Source: a virus. From it: a stretch of DNA of 64,000 nt. Positions 60,901 to 64,000 of the stretch are shown piece by piece. The stretch lies in the IMG/VR virus record IMGVR_UViG_3300042569_002054, one strand, 5' to 3'. Below the pieces are notes generated by a model. The model was given only the letters and a program-made list of their open reading frames with translations. It was not told the origin of the DNA and made no database searches. Position 1 is the stretch's first letter; each line of letters begins with the position of its first letter. The position numbers and the translations under genes are program-made.

Positions 60901-63900
60901 AAGAGGAACTAGCGGAACATCAGGAAGTTCTGGTTCTGTTGGAACTAGTGGAACGTCTGGTTCAGTAGGAACTAGCGGAACATCTGGAACAAGTGGTTCA
61001 TCAGGTTCTAGCGGTAGCGCTGGAAGCTCAGGAACGTCAGGTTCTAGCGGTAGCACAGGTTCAAGTGGTTCTACTGGCACGTCAGGTTCTTCAGGAACAA
61101 GTGGTTCTGTAGGTACAAGCGGAACATCTGGTTCCTCAGGAAGTGTAGGTACTTCAGGTACTAGTGGAAGCTCAGGAAGTGTAGGAACATCTGGTTCAAG
61201 TGGTACTACTGGTACCTCAGGAACATCAGGTAGTTCAGGTTCTAGCGGAAGTTCAGGTTCAAGTGGAACTAGTGGTAGTTCAGGAAGTTCTGGTTCATCG
61301 GGTAGTAGCGGTAGTTCTGGTAGTGTAGGAACATCTGGTTCTTCAGGAAGTTCTGGTTCAAGTGGTTCATCCGGAAGTTCAGGTTCTACAGGTTCAAGAG
61401 GAACATCGGGTACTTCAGGAACTAGCGGTTCAAGTGGAAGTACAGGAACTAGTGGTACATCAGGTTCAACGGGGACTTCAGGAACAAGTGGTTCAACTGG
61501 AACATCAGGTACAAGTGGAAGTACAGGGTCTTCAGGAAGCTCTGGTACGTCGGGTAGTGTAGGTACTAGCGGTAGTTCAGGCTCTAGCGGAAGTACAGGA
61601 ACTAGTGGAACCTCTGGTTCAACAGGGACTAGCGGTTCATCAGGTAGTTCAGGTTCAAGTGGAAGTTCAGGTAGTAGTGGTAGCGTTGGAACTTCTGGTA
61701 CATCAGGTTCAAGTGGTTCTTCAGGAAGTGCAGGTTCTAGTGGAAGTACTGGAACCTCAGGAACATCAGGTAGTTCTGGTTCTTCAGGTAGTTCAGGTTC
61801 AAGTGGTAGTGTTGGAACATCAGGTTCATCGGGTAGTGTAGGTACTAGCGGTTCTTCTGGTTCAAGTGGAAGTTCAGGTTCTAGCGGAAGTACAGGGTCA
61901 AGCGGAACTAGTGGTAATTCAGGTTCGTCTGGTTCAAGTGGAAGTTCAGGTTCATCTGGAAGTGTAGGAACAAGTGGAACCTCAGGTTCAGTAGGTACAA
62001 GTGGTACATCAGGAAGTTCAGGCTCAAGTGGTAGTACGGGTTCATCTGGTACTAGCGGCTCTTCGGGAAGTACTGGGTCATCTGGAAGTTCAGGTTCAAC
62101 AGGAACTAGCGGTTCTTCAGGAACATCAGGTAGTAGCGGTTCTAGTGGTAGTGCTGGAACAAGTGGTAGTTCTGGTTCTGTTGGTACATCTGGGTCAAGC
62201 GGAAGTAGTGGTTCATCGGGAAGTGTAGGCACATCCGGTTCTTCAGGCTCTAGCGGTAGTGCTGGAAGTTCAGGAAGTGTTGGTACATCAGGGACTAGTG
62301 GTAGTTCAGGTTCTTCTGGTTCAAGTGGTAGTGTTGGTACATCAGGTACTAGCGGTTCATCAGGTACTAGCGGTTCATCAGGGTCAAGCGGAACTAGCGG
62401 TAGTTCAGGTTCTAGCGGTTCTTCAGGAAGTTCTGGGTCATCTGGCTCTTCAGGTAGTACAGGTTCAAGAGGAACTAGCGGTACTTCAGGAACTAGTGGT
62501 AGTGTAGGTACATCCGGTTCTTCAGGTAGTTCGGGAACATCAGGAAGTAGTGGAAGTTCAGGTTCTGCAGGTACAAGTGGAAGTGTAGGAACATCTGGAA
62601 CTTCTGGTTCAAGTGGGTCATCAGGTTCAAGTGGTAGTGTTGGAACTAGCGGTTCATCAGGAACAAGTGGTTCGTCAGGTTCTAGCGGTAGTGCTGGAAG
62701 CTCAGGAAGTACTGGTTCATCAGGTTCTGCGGGAAGTGCTGGTACATCAGGGGTTAATGGTTCTTCAGGAACATCAGGTTCTGCTGGCTCAAGTGGAAGT
62801 TCAGGTTCTTCAGGTAGTTCGGGTTCAGTAGGTACAAGCGGAACTTCAGGTTCATCAGGTAGTGCTGGCTCGTCAGGGTCTAGCGGTTCTGTTGGTACTT
62901 CAGGTAGTAGTGGAACATCTGGAAGCTCTGGCTCAAGTGGTAGTGCGGGTTCATCAGGGAGTAGTGGAACTTCAGGTTCATCAGGAAGTTCAGGTTCAAG
63001 TGGTAGTACGGGGTCTTCAGGAAGTTCTGGTTCAACAGGTTCTAGAGGAACTAGCGGAACATCAGGTTCATCTGGAAGTGTTGGTACTTCAGGAACGTCA
63101 GGTTCAGTAGGTTCGTCTGGTTCTTCAGGAACTTCAGGTTCAGTAGGTACTAGTGGAACATCTGGAAGCTCTGGCTCAAGTGGTAGTGCGGGGTCATCAG
63201 GGAGTACTGGTACAAGTGGAAGTTCGGGTTCAACTGGTACTTCAGGTTCAAGTGGAAGTAGTGGCTCATCAGGTTCTTCAGGGAGTACTGGTACAAGTGG
63301 AACATCAGGTTCTAGTGGAAGTAGTGGTAGTTCAGGGTCATCTGGTTCTGCAGGTACATCAGGAAGTAGTGGAAGTTCAGGGTCTAGCGGTAGTTCTGGT
63401 TCATCAGGTACATCGGGAACTAGCGGAAGTTCAGGAACTTCAGGTAGTAGTGGGTCATCAGGTTCAACGGGTAGTTCAGGAAGTAGTGGAACAAGTGGTT
63501 CATCTGGTACTTCAGGTTCATCTGGCTCAAGTGGTAGTACGGGTTCTTCAGGAAGCTCAGGCTCAAGCGGAAGTTCTGGTTCAACAGGTTCTAGAGGAAC
63601 AAGTGGAACTTCTGGTTCGTCAGGAACTAGCGGAACGTCAGGAACATCAGGCTCAAGCGGAAGTGTTGGAACATCTGGTTCGTCAGGAAGTACAGGAACA
63701 TCAGGTAGTGCTGGTTCTTCTGGCTCAAGTGGTAGTTCAGGTTCAAGTGGAAGTACTGGAACATCAGGTTCATCAGGTTCTAGCGGTAGTACTGGAAGCT
63801 CAGGAACGTCAGGTTCTGTAGGTACAAGCGGGACATCAGGAACTTCGGGAAGTACTGGTTCTAGTGGTAGTTCAGGAAGTTCTGGTTCATCGGGTAGTAC

Positions 63901-64000
63901 AGGTACTTCAGGAAGCTCAGGTTCAAGTGGAACTAGTGGTTCTTCAGGGTCTAGCGGTTCATCGGGTTCTAGTGGAAGTTCAGGGTCATCTGGTAGTACA
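57944..64000 (+). CDS. Giant Gly-Ser/Thr-X collagen-like fibre protein, at least 2019 aa, 3'-truncated (missing from ORF track)
   Basis: Hand translation: MAIPYQNPIS...SDNFSSGRRRLGM...WRVF (paralog of 46502 N-domain), then G-X-Y repeats; no in-frame stop seen to 64000. Confidence 0.9.
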   Translation, partial: MAIPYQNPISASQITGPFSVARTSPYGTNFNVLNVGGWQEAAYLTNLGLTFSGQGQQQLSVNNIPININIGNGTFSPTYLTLNSDNFSSGRRRLGMIVWVNETETAYQYQIDNYNDLWDAAVSANSVTQLSYETIIKNNTPEGQAFINAWTGSTIEGVSGVTRENARWRVFAQGTELTGGTYFSGTSTLELYNSDGTIISVTGITASGSNGSSGTSGSAGTSGSSGSAGSSGNSGSSGSAGTSGTSGSSGSSGSSGSAGTSGTSGTSGSSGDSGSSGSAGTSGSSGSAGTSGINGVDGASGTSGTSGSSGLSGTGGSSGTSGTSGSSGSSGSSGSVGTSGTSGSSGSSGTSGTSGTSGSSGSSGSSGSSGSSGTSGSTGTSGSSGTSGTSGSSGSAGSSGLSGSVGTSGSSGSSGSSGSSGTSGSSGSSGSTGSSGSSGITGSSGTSGSSGTSGSSGSSGSSGSSGSSGSSGSTGSSGTSGTSGTSGTSGSSGSTGTSGSTGTSGSSGSSGSSGSSGLTGSSGTSGSSGTSGSSGSSGSSGSSGSTGSSGTSGSSGTSGSSGSSGSSGSSGSVGTSGTSGSSGSSGSSGSVGTSGTSGSSGSSGSSGNTGSSGTSGSSGTSGSSGSSGSSGSSGSSGSSGSSGSVGTSGTSGSSGSSGSSGVNGSSGTSGSSGTSGSSGSSGSSGSSGSSGTSGSSGSSGSSGSTGSSGSAGTSGSVGTSGSSGSSGSSGSTGSSGTSGSSGSSGTSGSSGSVGTSGSSGSSGSSGSSGSTGSSGTSGSSGTSGTSGSSGSSGSVGTSGSSGSVGTSGSSGSVGTSGTSGSSGSTGSSGSSGSSGSVGTSGSSGTSGSTGTSGTSGSSGSSGSSGSSGSSGTSGTSGSVGTSGSSGSSGSTGTSGSSGSSGSSGSSGTSGSSGSVGTSGTSGTSGSSGSSGSAGTSGSVGTSGTSGSSGSSGSSGSTGSSGTSGSSGSSGSAGTSGSSGSSGSTGSRGTSGTSGSSGSVGTSGTSGSVGTSGTSGTSGSSGSSGSAGSSGTSGSSGSTGSSGSTGTSGSSGTSGSVGTSGTSGSSGSVGTSGTSGSSGSVGTSGSSGTTGTSGTSGSSGSSGSSGSSGTSGSSGSSGSSGSSGSSGSVGTSGSSGSSGSSGSSGSSGSTGSRGTSGTSGTSGSSGSTGTSGTSGSTGTSGTSGSTGTSGTSGSTGSSGSSGTSGSVGTSGSSGSSGSTGTSGTSGSTGTSGSSGSSGSSGSSGSSGSVGTSGTSGSSGSSGSAGSSGSTGTSGTSGSSGSSGSSGSSGSVGTSGSSGSVGTSGSSGSSGSSGSSGSTGSSGTSGNSGSSGSSGSSGSSGSVGTSGTSGSVGTSGTSGSSGSSGSTGSSGTSGSSGSTGSSGSSGSTGTSGSSGTSGSSGSSGSAGTSGSSGSVGTSGSSGSSGSSGSVGTSGSSGSSGSAGSSGSVGTSGTSGSSGSSGSSGSVGTSGTSGSSGTSGSSGSSGTSGSSGSSGSSGSSGSSGSSGSTGSRGTSGTSGTSGSVGTSGSSGSSGTSGSSGSSGSAGTSGSVGTSGTSGSSGSSGSSGSVGTSGSSGTSGSSGSSGSAGSSGSTGSSGSAGSAGTSGVNGSSGTSGSAGSSGSSGSSGSSGSVGTSGTSGSSGSAGSSGSSGSVGTSGSSGTSGSSGSSGSAGSSGSSGTSGSSGSSGSSGSTGSSGSSGSTGSRGTSGTSGSSGSVGTSGTSGSVGSSGSSGTSGSVGTSGTSGSSGSSGSAGSSGSTGTSGSSGSTGTSGSSGSSGSSGSSGSTGTSGTSGSSGSSGSSGSSGSAGTSGSSGSSGSSGSSGSSGTSGTSGSSGTSGSSGSSGSTGSSGSSGTSGSSGTSGSSGSSGSTGSSGSSGSSGSSGSTGSRGTSGTSGSSGTSGTSGTSGSSGSVGTSGSSGSTGTSGSAGSSGSSGSSGSSGSTGTSGSSGSSGSTGSSGTSGSVGTSGTSGTSGSTGSSGSSGSSGSSGSTGTSGSSGSSGTSGSSGSSGSSGSSGSSGSSGST
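58565..64000 (+). repeat. 9-nt period coding repeat, about 604 Gly-X-Y triplets (X = S/T, Y = S/T/A/V)
   Basis: Gly codons at 58565, 59042, 60005, 61022, 62228, 63002 and 63992 are all multiples of 9 apart; the antisense shadow ORF shows Pro every third residue. Confidence 0.92.

Noticed and set aside
58486-62232. 1248-aa minus-strand Pro/Glu/Leu/Val ORF (also 47107-47658)
   Set aside because: Antisense shadow of the Gly-Ser/Thr repeat (GGN reads as Pro every third codon); the + strand frame has a paralogous N-domain and matches the strand of all other genes.
58569-63821. Many short Val/Gln/Leu-rich (+) and Met/Asn/Leu/His-rich (-) ORFs
   Set aside because: Off-frame readings of the same 9-nt periodic repeat.
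58565-64000. Possible CRISPR array or satellite DNA
   Set aside because: No fixed repeat with unique spacers; variation is synonymous and in frame, so it is a coding repeat.
1-64000. Stop-codon reassignment (TAG to Gln as in some large phages)
   Set aside because: All genes are full length under code 11 with no in-frame TAG needed; TAG is rare but ends the 53228-54082 gene.
1-64000. tRNA, rRNA, integrase or transposase genes
   Set aside because: None recognised; intergenic gaps are short and AT-rich. A tRNAscan/Infernal run would be needed to exclude small RNAs fully.

Overview
AT-rich segment of a large T4-like (contractile-tailed) phage genome; every supportable gene is on the + strand and translates with code 11. 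1-17.5 kb: tail sheath, HAD phosphatase, tail tube, tail/hub assembly chaperone with a probable frameshift extension, tape measure and large hub proteins. 17.6-27.7 kb: replication and nucleotide block (gp32-like SSB, UvsX/RecA, 5'-3' exonuclease, DnaB-like helicase, nrdB, nrdA, flavodoxin-fold protein). 27.8-45.5 kb: baseplate wedge and large structural genes, ending in an SprB-repeat protein. 45.5-64 kb: fibre/adhesin locus in which two copies of a Pro/Thr-linker adaptor + (Gly-Ser/Thr-X)n fibre gene pair flank LamG and PA14 lectin proteins and five glycosyltransferase-like genes. The last gene (57944 to past the window end, absent from the ORF track) has about 604 Gly-X-Y triplets made almost only of G/S/T. 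Main hypothesis: a phage-encoded O-glycosylation system that coats a very long Ser/Thr collagen-like fibre. A TATTTAT element precedes at least 12 genes (candidate late promoter). SprB repeats, no evident Shine-Dalgarno sites and a DLPF SSB tail suggest a Bacteroidota host (inference). All family assignments come from motif recognition by eye, not database searches.
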